Positions 46,351-55,548 of a DNA stretch of 64,000 nt are shown here, in pieces. A program made the position numbers and the translations under genes. This stretch comes from an uncultured Rhodospirillaceae bacterium (GTDB lineage: Bacteria > Pseudomonadota > Alphaproteobacteria > JAEULC01): NCBI GenBank assembly GCA_964557415.1, contig CAZLBB010000002.1, positions 25,645-89,644 of the forward strand, written 5' to 3'. The notes beneath the pieces are model-generated. The model saw only the letters and a list, made by a program, of their open reading frames with translations. It ran no database searches and was not told where the DNA came from. Each line of letters starts with the position of its first letter. Within the stretch, counting starts at the first letter, position 1.

Positions 46351-47761
46351 GCGGCGCCCGGTCGGTGCAGCCCGTCTCGCGCTCGTAGGCGCGCGCCCAG
46401 CGGATTACCCGCGCCTCCGCGAAGGGCCGCCCGACCAGCTGGAATCCCGCCGGCAGGCCGTTGCGCGTCTGTCCGCAGGGCACGGATACCGCCGGCAGGC
46501 CGAGATAGTTGATCGGCCGCGTGTTGCGGGCGACACGCACCACGACGCCAAGCGCGCTCGGATCGCCGTCCGCATCGGTCGCCGCGATCGTCGGCACGGG
46601 CGCGGACAGCACCGGCGCCAGCATGGCGTCGGCACGTCCCATCACCTCCGCAAGGAACCAGTCCAGCACGCGCGCGCGCAGCCTGAGCGCCTCGACGTAG
46701 CGCACGCCGGGGTAGAGCATGCCCTGCTGGATCCGGGTCCGCACGGCGTCGCTGTAGTCCTGCGGCCGCTCGCGCATCCAGGCGCCGTGATAGCTCGCCG
46801 CCTCGACGGCAGTGATCAGCATGCCCATGTCGTTGACTTGATCGAGCGACGGTACCTGGACGCGCTGGATTCGCGCACCGAGCCGGCGATAGACCTCCGC
46901 GGCCGCATCCAGCAGGTGCGCGACCTCTTCGCTCATGCCGTCGCGGAACCACCCGTCGGCAATGGCGATCGTGCGGCCCTTCACGCCCTTGTCGAGCTCG
47001 GCGCGGAAATCTGGCACGCGGCGCGCCACCGTCGTCGGGTCGTCAGGATCCGGGCCGGCGATCGCCTGCAGCATCAGCGCGGCGTCCTCGACCGTGCGCG
47101 TGAGCGGTCCGACGTGATCCTGGCTGAACGAGAGCGGCATCGCGCCGAACCGGCTGACCAGGCCGTAGGTCGGCTTGATCCCGACCAGCCCGCAGCACGC
47201 GGCCGGGAGGCGGATCGACCCGCCGGTGTCCGAGCCGAGCGTGCCGTAGACCAGTCGCGCCGCCACCGAAGCCGCCGGGCCGCTCGACGAGCCGCCGGTG
47301 ACATGCGCCGTATTCCACGGGTTGCGCACATGGCCCGTATGCGGGTTGTGCCCGGTCGGGCCGAGCGCGAATTCCACCATGTTGAGCCGGGCGATATCGA
47401 GCGCGCCGGCGGCATCGAGCCGGCGCAGCACGGTTGCCGTCACGCTCGGCACGTAGCCCTTGCGGATGATCGAGCCGCATTCGCTGAGGCGCCCCTTGCG
47501 GTAGTACATGTCCTTGTGCGCCAGCGGCACGCCGTGCAGGGGACTGCGCCGGCGCCCCCGGGCCCGTTCGCGATCGGCGCGCCGCGCGTCCTTGATCGCC
47601 TGCTCGGGATCGACTCCCGCCACGGCGTTGAGCCGGCATCCGACCGAGTCCAGCCCCTTCAGGCTCGCCGCGGTCGCCTCCACCGAGGAAACCTTGCCAC
47701 GCGCAATCGCCTTGGCGAGCGCCGTCAGCGTCATGCCGGCGAGTTCGCCCACAGCGCTCAT
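46331..47761 (-). CDS. Amidase signature family enzyme (AtzE/GatA-like)
   Basis: HGVPLAHKD (Lys), TGGSSSG, GSDTGGSIR catalytic triad motifs. Confidence 0.92.
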   Translation of the reverse strand: MSAVGELAGMTLTALAKAIARGKVSSVEATAASLKGLDSVGCRLNAVAGVDPEQAIKDARRADRERARGRRRSPLHGVPLAHKDMYYRKGRLSECGSIIRKGYVPSVTATVLRRLDAAGALDIARLNMVEFALGPTGHNPHTGHVRNPWNTAHVTGGSSSGPAASVAARLVYGTLGSDTGGSIRLPAACCGLVGIKPTYGLVSRFGAMPLSFSQDHVGPLTRTVEDAALMLQAIAGPDPDDPTTVARRVPDFRAELDKGVKGRTIAIADGWFRDGMSEEVAHLLDAAAEVYRRLGARIQRVQVPSLDQVNDMGMLITAVEAASYHGAWMRERPQDYSDAVRTRIQQGMLYPGVRYVEALRLRARVLDWFLAEVMGRADAMLAPVLSAPVPTIAATDADGDPSALGVVVRVARNTRPINYLGLPAVSVPCGQTRNGLPAGFQLVGRPFAEARVIRWARAYERETGCTDRAPPISSSP

Positions 47762-47964
47762 GGCTTCGCCTCGGCAAGGCGTACGAGCGCCGCGACATAG
47801 GACGCCGGTTCGTCTTCCATCTCGAGCTTGGCCGTGCCCGCCGCCACGCCGGCGCAGGCCGCCCCGGTCGCCTGCGCGTAGCCGGGCAGTCGGTCCGGCG
47901 GCAGGGCGATGCCGGCATGCGACCTGAGCCAGGCAGCGATACCCGGTTCGTTTCCGTTCGTCAT
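47758..47964 (-). CDS. Small amidase-associated protein (AtzG/GatC-like small subunit, tentative)
   Basis: 68 aa, translationally coupled to the amidase, AGGGG RBS; GIALPPDRLPG and EDEPA segments. Confidence 0.6.
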   Translation of the reverse strand: MTNGNEPGIAAWLRSHAGIALPPDRLPGYAQATGAACAGVAAGTAKLEMEDEPASYVAALVRLAEAKP

Positions 47965-47997
47965 TTCATTCCCCCTGGTTGGAGCGTCGGCAGTTTT

Positions 47998-48387
47998 CTA
48001 GTTCTCGCCGGCGGCGACGTCCGCCGTCAGCACCGCATCGACGGCTTGCTGGATATCCTCCGCGGTGAACGGCTTGGCCAGGGCGAAATGGGCGCCAAGC
48101 GCCTTCGCCATGCGCAGGAAATCCATGTTCTGGGTGCGGCCGCCGCCGGAAATGGCAATGACCTTCAAGCCAGGCGCCCGCTTGCGGAGCGCCAGGATGA
48201 GGCCGATGCCGTCGACCTCGGGCATGATGATGTCGGTCACCACCGCGTCGACCTTGGCACGGTCGAGCGCTTCGATGGCCTCGAGCCCGTCCTGCGCCTC
48301 GACGACCTCGTGCCTGGCCCGCTGCAGCGCGAGCTTGAGAGTCATGCGGACGAGACGATCGTCGTCGACGACCAATACGCGAGCCAC
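47998..48387 (-). CDS. Single-domain response regulator (CheY-like)
   Basis: VLVVDDD, VVTDIIMP, ISGGG, LAKPF; GTG start. Confidence 0.9.
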   Translation of the reverse strand: MARVLVVDDDRLVRMTLKLALQRARHEVVEAQDGLEAIEALDRAKVDAVVTDIIMPEVDGIGLILALRKRAPGLKVIAISGGGRTQNMDFLRMAKALGAHFALAKPFTAEDIQQAVDAVLTADVAAGEN

Positions 48388-48598
48388 GGCCTTGGCAATC
48401 CTCTTCGTCCCCAGACAACAGGCATGGCTTCCGCAAGCACACTCGCGGACCCGTTCGGCCATGCCGCGATCGACGCAACGATTCCTAGACCATGGCTTGC
48501 GCTACCGGTCGTTTTCCGCCGGCGCGTTCCCTGCCCGACGCCGCGACGCTTCGTCAGCGACAGGCTGAGATTGAGTCGCATCATATCAAAGCCCGCTT

Positions 48599-48967
48599 TT
48601 GCAGCCAGTCGAATTTAGGGCTCCGAACGCCGTCGCTTGCGCCGCCGCACCGGGGAATGGCGCGCGCAGCGGAGGACGGCCACCGTGGCGCACGCCGGCG
48701 GTCGGTGTCGCGGCCGGTGGCGCGGCGATCATCGCCGTGGTCGGTTCCCCGCAGTCGGCCAACTTTTTCGATGCCTGGGATACGACAATCACCGTCGTCC
48801 CTCGCGATGCCGCCAACCAGGCGCTCGCGAGCGAGGGCCATAAGCCGCACGGTTTCCAGAGGATCACTCTTGCGCGCGGCGCGGACGTCGATGCGTTCGC
48901 GCCGGCGGCGGATGGCGCGGTACGGACGATCCGGCGCGGTGTGCGGGAAGCGCTCGACCCGCTCTAG
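48599..48967 (+). CDS. Possible small hypothetical membrane protein
   Basis: TTG start without clear RBS; one hydrophobic stretch; fills an otherwise empty gap. Confidence 0.3.
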   Translation: MQPVEFRAPNAVACAAAPGNGARSGGRPPWRTPAVGVAAGGAAIIAVVGSPQSANFFDAWDTTITVVPRDAANQALASEGHKPHGFQRITLARGADVDAFAPAADGAVRTIRRGVREALDPL

Positions 48968-49001
48968 GCGGCGGCAGGCGCGGGCATTGCCTCGGCAAGC
49001 T

Positions 49002-49029
49002 TTGATGGCGGGAGCGGCCCTGCTATAAA
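49002..49029 (+). promoter_or_regulatory. Putative sigma70 promoter of trpGDC-moaC-moeA
   Basis: TTGATG, 16-nt spacer, TATAAA. Confidence 0.5.
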
Positions 49030-49060
49030 CCGTTCAGGGAGCCAGACAAACGGCCGCGCA

Positions 49061-49648
49061 ATGTTCCTGCTGATCGACAACTACGACAGCTTCACCTACA
49101 ACCTCGTCCATTTCCTGGGCGAGCTTGGGGCCGAGACGGTCGTGCGCCGCAACGACGCGCTGACCGCCGATCTGGCCATGGCGATGCGTCCGCAGGGCAT
49201 CGTGATCTCGCCCGGGCCGTGCGATCCCGACCGCGCCGGCATCTGCCTGGAGGTCGTCGGAAAGGCCGCTGCCGAGCGCATGCCGCTGCTTGGCGTGTGC
49301 CTCGGCCATCAGGCGATCGGCCAAGCCTTCGGCGGGCGCGTTGTGCGCGGGCCGGTGCCGATGCACGGCAAGCTCAGCAAGATCCGCCACCACGGCTCGG
49401 ACATCTTCGCCGACCTCCCCGTTCCGTTCGAGGCGACGCGCTATCACTCGCTGGTTGTCGAACGCGCCACCATGCCGGACGTGCTCGAGGTTACCGCCGA
49501 GACGGCCGACGGGCTGGTCATGGGCCTGGCGCATAAGGAGCTGCCGATCTTCGGCGTGCAGTTCCATCCCGAGAGCATCGCCTCGGAACACGGGCACAAG
49601 CTGCTGGGAAACTTCCTTGCGCTGGCGCGCCAGTTCGGCCGCGCCTGA
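49061..49648 (+). CDS. trpG: Anthranilate synthase component II (glutamine amidotransferase)
   Basis: [32 protein letters not shown]. Confidence 0.95.
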   Translation: MFLLIDNYDSFTYNLVHFLGELGAETVVRRNDALTADLAMAMRPQGIVISPGPCDPDRAGICLEVVGKAAAERMPLLGVCLGHQAIGQAFGGRVVRGPVPMHGKLSKIRHHGSDIFADLPVPFEATRYHSLVVERATMPDVLEVTAETADGLVMGLAHKELPIFGVQFHPESIASEHGHKLLGNFLALARQFGRA

Positions 49649-49669
49649 ACCCGCGGCAGGCACTGCACC

Positions 49670-50716
49670 ATGCCCGACATGACGGAGCTCAAGAAGCTTC
49701 TGGGCGTCGCCGCCGCCGGCCAGCCGTTGACCGAAACACAGGCCGAAGAGGCGTTCGACATCATGATGTCGGGCAACGCGACGCCGGCGCAGATGGGCGG
49801 GTTCCTGATGGCGCTCAGGGTGCGCGGCGAGACGGTCGACGAGATCACCGGCGCGGCGCGCGCCATGCGGGCCAAGGCCGTGCGCATCGAGGCACCGGCA
49901 GGCGCCATGGACGTAGTCGGCACCGGCGGCGACAACGCCGGCACGTTCAACGTGTCGACCACCACCGCGATCGTGGTCGCCGGCTGCGGCGTGCCGGTAG
50001 CCAAGCACGGCAACCGCGCGATCTCGTCCAAGTCGGGCGCAGCCGACGTGCTAACCGCGCTGGGCGTCAACATCGACTGCGATTTCGCCCTGATCGCCCG
50101 CGCGATCCGCGAGGCCGGGGTCGGCTTCATGATGGCGCCGCGCCATCACGGCGCCATGCGCCATGTCGGCGGCACGCGGGTCGAACTCGGCACGCGCACC
50201 GTCTTCAACATCCTGGGTCCGCTCACCAACCCCGCCTTCGTCGAGCGCCAGCTCGTCGGCACGTTCGCCCGCCAATGGATCGAGCCGATGGCGCGCACGC
50301 TCGGCAACCTGGGCTCGGAGCGCGCCTGGGTCGTCCACGGCTCCGACGGAATGGACGAACTGACGCTGACCGGCCCGTCCTTCGTGGCCGAGCTCAAGGA
50401 CGGTGCGATCAAGACCTTCGAGGTTTCGCCCGAGGATGCCGGGTTGAAGCGCGCCGCGGCCGAGGATCTCAAGGGCGGCGACGGCGCGGTCAACGCGGTG
50501 CGCATTCGCGCGCTGCTCGCCGGCGAGCACAGCCCGTTGCGCGACTTCGTACTATACAACGCCGCAGCCGCGCTTTTGGTGGCCGGCCGTGCGGCACACC
50601 TGAAGCAGGGCGTCGCGCTGGCAGCGGAGTCGATCGACCGGGGCCGCGCAGCCGCGGCGCTGGACCGGCTGATCGAGATCTCGAACGCGCCGGCGCCCGC
50701 GCCGCTGGCGGCCTGA
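49670..50716 (+). CDS. trpD: Anthranilate phosphoribosyltransferase
   Basis: [31 protein letters not shown]. Confidence 0.96.
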   Translation: MPDMTELKKLLGVAAAGQPLTETQAEEAFDIMMSGNATPAQMGGFLMALRVRGETVDEITGAARAMRAKAVRIEAPAGAMDVVGTGGDNAGTFNVSTTTAIVVAGCGVPVAKHGNRAISSKSGAADVLTALGVNIDCDFALIARAIREAGVGFMMAPRHHGAMRHVGGTRVELGTRTVFNILGPLTNPAFVERQLVGTFARQWIEPMARTLGNLGSERAWVVHGSDGMDELTLTGPSFVAELKDGAIKTFEVSPEDAGLKRAAAEDLKGGDGAVNAVRIRALLAGEHSPLRDFVLYNAAAALLVAGRAAHLKQGVALAAESIDRGRAAAALDRLIEISNAPAPAPLAA

Positions 50717-50726
50717 GCATGGCGCC

Positions 50727-51524
50727 ATGAGCGATACGCTGCGCCGCATCTGCGCCGACAAGCGCGCCCATGTCGCCCGGCGCAAGGCGGCGGTACCCGA
50801 GGCCGCCGGGAAGACGCGCGGGTTCGAGCGGGCGCTGCGTGCCGCGGTCGCCCGCGGCGCGTACGGCCTGATCGCCGAGATCAAGAAAGCCTCGCCCAGC
50901 AAGGGCCTGATCCGCGCCGATTTCGATCCGCCCACCCTGGCCCGCGCCTACCGGCAGGGCGGCGCGACCTGCCTGTCGGTCCTCACCGACACGCCCTATT
51001 TCCAGGGCGAGGATGCGCATCTCGAGGCGGCGCGCGCCGCCGTCGACCTGCCGGTGATCCGCAAGGATTTCATGGTCGATCCCTACCAGGTCGTCGAGGC
51101 GCGCGCGCTCGGCGCCGACTGCATCCTGGTCATCATGGCGGCCGTGGACGACGCGCTCGCGCGCGCGCTGATCGCCGCCGCCGGCGCGCTCGGCATGGAT
51201 GCGCTGGTCGAGGTGCACGACCGGCCCGAGCTCGAGCGCGCCCTCTGCCTGCCGGCCGGCATGGTCGGTGTCAACAACCGCAACCTGAAGACGCTGGCGG
51301 TCGACTTGGCGACGACAGAAGTCCTGGCGCCGCTTGTGCCGCAGGACCGGCTGCTGGTCGCCGAGAGCGGCCTGTTCACCCCGGCCGACCTCGCGCGCAT
51401 GGCCGCCGTCGGCGCGCGCTGTTTCCTGGTCGGCGAGTCGCTGATGCGCCAGCCCGACGTGGCCGCGGCTACGCGGGCCCTGCTGGCGACCGATGTCCCG
51501 GCGGCGCGCCGCGCCGCCCAGTAG
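50727..51524 (+). CDS. trpC: Indole-3-glycerol phosphate synthase
   Basis: [35 protein letters not shown]. Confidence 0.95.
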   Translation: MSDTLRRICADKRAHVARRKAAVPEAAGKTRGFERALRAAVARGAYGLIAEIKKASPSKGLIRADFDPPTLARAYRQGGATCLSVLTDTPYFQGEDAHLEAARAAVDLPVIRKDFMVDPYQVVEARALGADCILVIMAAVDDALARALIAAAGALGMDALVEVHDRPELERALCLPAGMVGVNNRNLKTLAVDLATTEVLAPLVPQDRLLVAESGLFTPADLARMAAVGARCFLVGESLMRQPDVAAATRALLATDVPAARRAAQ

Positions 51525-51534
51525 CGCGGACCCC

Positions 51535-52017
51535 ATGCCGTCCGGCTTCACCCATTTCGACGCCGAGGGTCGCGCGGTCATGGTCGACGTCTCCGCCAAG
51601 GCCGAGACGGAGCGGATCGCCGAGGCACGTGGCTCGGTGATCATGCGACCTGAGACGTTGCGCCTGATCCGCGAGGGCCAGGTGAAGAAGGGCGACGTGC
51701 TCGCCGTCGCCCGACTCGCCGGGATCATGGCCGCCAAGCGCACCGCCGATCTGATCCCGCTGTGCCATCCCGTGGCGCTTACCGCCGTCGCCGTCGACCT
51801 GACCCTGGACGAGGCCCGGCACGCGGTCGACATCGTCGCCACATGCCGGATCACCGGCCGTACGGGCGTCGAAATGGAGGCAATGACAGCGGTTTGCGTC
51901 GCAGCGCTTACCATTTATGACATGTGCAAGGCGGTCGACCGCGGCATGCTCATCTCAGATGTTAGGCTAACCTATAAATCCGGCGGTAAATCAGGAATTT
52001 ACGAGGCAAATTCGTGA
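51535..52017 (+). CDS. moaC: Cyclic pyranopterin monophosphate synthase
   Basis: [43 protein letters not shown]. Confidence 0.96.
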   Translation: MPSGFTHFDAEGRAVMVDVSAKAETERIAEARGSVIMRPETLRLIREGQVKKGDVLAVARLAGIMAAKRTADLIPLCHPVALTAVAVDLTLDEARHAVDIVATCRITGRTGVEMEAMTAVCVAALTIYDMCKAVDRGMLISDVRLTYKSGGKSGIYEANS

Positions 52018-53228
52018 TCTCAGTTGAAGAGGCGCGTGCGCGGATCCTGGCGACCGTGGCGCAGCTACCAGCCGAGCAGGTCGCGCTCTCGGGCGGCCTG
52101 GGGCGAGTGCTGGCCGAGGACGTCGTCGCCCGCGTCACCCAGCCGCCCGTCGCCGTCTCGGCCATGGACGGCTATGCCGTCAGGTCTGCCGACGTCGCGC
52201 GCGTCCCCGTCACGCTGGCGGTCATCGGGAGCGTTCCAGCCGGCGCGCGTTTCGAAGGCCGAGTCGGCGCCGGCCAGGCCGTCCGCATCTTTACCGGCGC
52301 ACCGGTGCCGGGGGGTGCCGACGCGATCGTCATCCAGGAGGACACGGAGGCCGCGGCGGGCAACGTCACCGTCAAGGAGGCCGCGCGCGCCGGGCAGTAT
52401 GTGCGCCCAGCCGGGCTGGACTTCCGCGCCGGCGATGTCGGCGTTCGCGCCGGGCGTCGCCTGACCGCGCGCGACATCGGGCTGGCCGCAGCAATGAACG
52501 TGCCCTGGCTCAAGGTCCATCGCCGCCCCCGGGTGGCGATCCTGTCCACCGGCGACGAGCTCGTGATGCCCGGCACGCCGATCGGGGTCAGCCAGATCGT
52601 CTGTTCGAACGGCATCTCGCTCGCCGCGCTCATTCAGGCGTGCGGCGGCGAGGCGATCGACCTGGGCATCGCCGCCGACAACCGGGACGCGCTGGCTGCC
52701 ATGGCGACCGGCGCGCGCGGCGCCGATATCCTGGTCACCACCGGCGGCGCCTCGGTCGGCGAGCACGACCTGGTGCGCGAGGTGCTGGGCCAGCAAGGGC
52801 TTGAGCTTGATTTCTGGAAGATCGCCATGCGCCCGGGCAAGCCGCTGATCTTCGGGCGCATCGGCGGCGTGCCGATGCTCGGCCTTCCCGGCAACCCGGT
52901 GTCGACCCTGGTCTGCGCCGCGATCTTCCTGGTGCCGGCGCTCGAGCGGATGCAGGGCCTGGCCCAGTCGGATGCTCCGGGCCCGAGCGCCATCCTCGCC
53001 ACGCCCCTGCCGGGCAACGACCGGCGCCAGGACTATCTGCGCGCGACCCTGTCGCGGCGTGACGACGGCGCCCTGGTCGCGACGCCGTTCGAGCGGCAGG
53101 ACAGCTCGATGCTGGCCACGCTCGCCCATGCCGATTGCCTCGTGGTACGGCCGCCGCTCGCCCCTGCCGCCGCGGCCGGGGCTCTGGTGGAGATCCTGCG
53201 ATTTCCGACAGGCTTGGGCGGACTGTGA
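52014..53228 (+). CDS. moeA: Molybdopterin molybdenumtransferase
   Basis: [41 protein letters not shown]. Confidence 0.96.
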   Translation: MISVEEARARILATVAQLPAEQVALSGGLGRVLAEDVVARVTQPPVAVSAMDGYAVRSADVARVPVTLAVIGSVPAGARFEGRVGAGQAVRIFTGAPVPGGADAIVIQEDTEAAAGNVTVKEAARAGQYVRPAGLDFRAGDVGVRAGRRLTARDIGLAAAMNVPWLKVHRRPRVAILSTGDELVMPGTPIGVSQIVCSNGISLAALIQACGGEAIDLGIAADNRDALAAMATGARGADILVTTGGASVGEHDLVREVLGQQGLELDFWKIAMRPGKPLIFGRIGGVPMLGLPGNPVSTLVCAAIFLVPALERMQGLAQSDAPGPSAILATPLPGNDRRQDYLRATLSRRDDGALVATPFERQDSSMLATLAHADCLVVRPPLAPAAAAGALVEILRFPTGLGGL

Positions 53229-53288
53229 TCGCCACCCGGACGAGGAGCGCCGGCCGGTCGTCAGCTTCGTCGGCGCCCCGGCCGCTCC

Positions 53289-53873
53289 TCAAAGCTTGGC
53301 GAGCACGCCCTCGAGGTAGGCGATGCGCGCGCGCAGCAGCCGCACTTCGTCGCGCAGGCGCATGACGAGATAGTTCTGGACCAGCATCGGGTCGATCTTC
53401 TTCGCGCTGGCGCCGTTGCCGCCGTTAGCGGCGTCGGCCGGGCCCTTGCCGTCTTTCGCTGACCCGGCATCGGCGTCCTTCGCGTCGCCCGCCTTCGCCT
53501 TCTGGCCGGCCCCTTTGCCGCCATTCGCCCGCTTGCCGTTGCCGGCCTGCGCCGCGGCGTACTTGGCCTTCAGCGCCTTCTCGGCCGCAGCCGCCTTGGC
53601 CGCCTCTTCCTTCTCTGCCGCGATCTGCGCCAGATCGCGGCGCTGCGCGGCCATCTCGTCGTAGCGCTTGGCCTGCTCCCGCAGCTCTTCCTCGAGGACC
53701 TTGACGCGCGCCTGGCGCTGCTCGAGCTCGGCCAGGATCTGGTTGCGCAGCACGGTCCGGTCGTCCGGACGCACGACGCGGCCGACAACAGGCCCTTCGG
53801 CCTGAACGGCAAGGGGCGCCACAAGGCAGGCGAGCGCGAAGGCGCAGGCCCAAAGATAGCGAGCCAGCAGCAT
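53289..53873 (-). CDS. Secreted coiled-coil hypothetical protein
   Basis: Signal peptide; long coiled coil; Ala/Lys/Gly/Asp low-complexity linker; C-terminal leucine zipper-like helix. Confidence 0.7.
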   Translation of the reverse strand: MLLARYLWACAFALACLVAPLAVQAEGPVVGRVVRPDDRTVLRNQILAELEQRQARVKVLEEELREQAKRYDEMAAQRRDLAQIAAEKEEAAKAAAAEKALKAKYAAAQAGNGKRANGGKGAGQKAKAGDAKDADAGSAKDGKGPADAANGGNGASAKKIDPMLVQNYLVMRLRDEVRLLRARIAYLEGVLAKL

Positions 53874-53949
53874 GGCGCGATCGTCGCTCGCGTCCTGTAA
53901 ACGAAGCGTGAATCCGGTGCTGTGGAAAATCCTTCTTGACCCGGCGCCG

Positions 53950-53964
53950 GAACCAAACTAGAAC
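53950..53964. promoter_or_regulatory. LexA (SOS) box, alphaproteobacterial type
   Basis: GAAC-CAAACTA-GAAC = GAAC-N7-GAAC, downstream of TTGACC (-35-like) at 53936. Confidence 0.85.
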
Positions 53965-53974
53965 AAGCGCACCC

Positions 53975-53989
53975 GTTTAGGTTTTGTTC
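53975..53989. promoter_or_regulatory. Second, inverted and imperfect LexA box
   Basis: GTTT-AGGTTTT-GTTC, one mismatch to GTTC-N7-GTTC. Confidence 0.65.
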
Positions 53990-54036
53990 TATATGTTGGG
54001 GTCCGCATACCGATACGGCCCCATGGGGAAAGGTCG

Positions 54037-54828
54037 ATGCTCACCCGCAAACAGTACGAGCTACTGATGTTCATCCAGGAGCGGCTGCGCCAGACCGGCG
54101 TGTCGCCGTCCTTCGACGAGATGAAGGAAGCGCTGAACCTGCGCTCGAAGTCCGGCATCCATCGCCTGATCACCGGCTTGGCCGAGCGCGGTTTCATCCG
54201 CCGCCTGGCGCACCGCGCCCGGGCGCTCGAGGTTGTGCGTCTGCCGGAGAACGCCGGCGCGCCGGAGCGCCCGACCGCCTCGGCGACGCTCCCGCCGTCG
54301 AGCATGCCGGCGCCGGCCGCCAACACGCCGAGCTTCGCCGCGCCGCCCTCGGGCGGTGCCGCGCCCGCGTCCTTCACGCCGAACGTCATCCGCGGGAATT
54401 TCCAGCCGCAACTGCCGGGCGCGACAGTGAGCGCGGAGGCGGCCGAGTCCGTGCGCCTGCCACTGCTCGGCAAGATCGCCGCCGGCGCACCGATCGAGGC
54501 CTTGAGCAATCCCGCGAACTCGATCGACGTCCCGGCCGCCCTGCTCGGCCGCGGTGAGCATTTCGCGCTCACCGTCGAGGGCGACTCGATGATCGACGCC
54601 GGCATCTTCGACGGCGACACGGCGCTGATCCAGCGCTGCGACACGGCCGACAACGGCGCGATCGTCGTGGCGCTGGTCGACAGCAACGAGGTGACGCTGA
54701 AGCGGCTGCGCCGCAAGCACGGCTCGATCGCGCTGGAACCGGCCAACGAGCGGCACGAGACCCGCATCTTCGGGCCCGACCGCGTGCAGGTGCAGGGCAA
54801 GCTGGTCGGATTGCTGCGGCGGTACTGA
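54037..54828 (+). CDS. lexA: SOS repressor LexA
   Basis: [23 protein letters not shown] (Ser), VTLKR (Lys); long Pro/Ala linker. Confidence 0.97.
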   Translation: MLTRKQYELLMFIQERLRQTGVSPSFDEMKEALNLRSKSGIHRLITGLAERGFIRRLAHRARALEVVRLPENAGAPERPTASATLPPSSMPAPAANTPSFAAPPSGGAAPASFTPNVIRGNFQPQLPGATVSAEAAESVRLPLLGKIAAGAPIEALSNPANSIDVPAALLGRGEHFALTVEGDSMIDAGIFDGDTALIQRCDTADNGAIVVALVDSNEVTLKRLRRKHGSIALEPANERHETRIFGPDRVQVQGKLVGLLRRY

Positions 54829-54839
54829 AGCTCGCTGGC

Positions 54840-55457
54840 ATGCCAACCGAGATCGAACTCCTGGCGACCGCAGTTGGGAGCGCGCTTGGAGGTGGTGTTC
54901 TCGCGGTTGGCGGGCAAGAGTTGGTTCGATGCTGGAAACGGCCGCGTTTGCATTTGTCGTTCGAGGATAAGACCGCGTTTTTTGCAAGGACGCCGATCAA
55001 TTGGCCGAACGACCTTGCTAACCCGGCAGCCGGAACGACCGAGTATGAAGCGATCTACGTGCGGGCCAAGGTGGTCAATGGTGGACGGTCGATTGCGCGC
55101 GACTGTCGTGCTTACATGTCACAGATCACCTGCCATAAGCTCGATGGCAGCGTCGAGAGGATCGAGGAGCAAGACGCGATACCGCTCAGCTGGTCGCTGA
55201 ATCCAGATTTGTTCAGGCCGATCGATATTCCTGTCGGCATCAACCAATTCGTAGACATTGCGTTCACGATCTCGAAGGAGCAGCCGCCCAAATTGTATCC
55301 ATCGGGGAATTTTCCGAATCGGTTTCGGAGGTCCTGGAACAACCCGGGCACCTTCGAAATCGACCTAATTGTAACGGCGCAGGACATCCAGCCGAGCCGA
55401 GCAACAATCAAGTTTAAGTGGCTCGGGCCGTGGGATTCTCTGCAATTTGCGGAGTGA
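54840..55457 (+). CDS. Hypothetical protein, N-terminal membrane anchor plus predicted beta-rich domain, lower GC
   Basis: 205-aa ORF 11 nt after the lexA stop; spot GC 31/60 at 55261-55320. Confidence 0.7.
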   Translation: MPTEIELLATAVGSALGGGVLAVGGQELVRCWKRPRLHLSFEDKTAFFARTPINWPNDLANPAAGTTEYEAIYVRAKVVNGGRSIARDCRAYMSQITCHKLDGSVERIEEQDAIPLSWSLNPDLFRPIDIPVGINQFVDIAFTISKEQPPKLYPSGNFPNRFRRSWNNPGTFEIDLIVTAQDIQPSRATIKFKWLGPWDSLQFAE

Positions 55458-55548
55458 TGGTCAGGTTGCCCGCAATTGTGCCCAACTGCCAGATAGGCGC
55501 CGCGCTCATCGGAATCAGCGCCAGCACCAGTCGATAGTGAGTTTTTCA

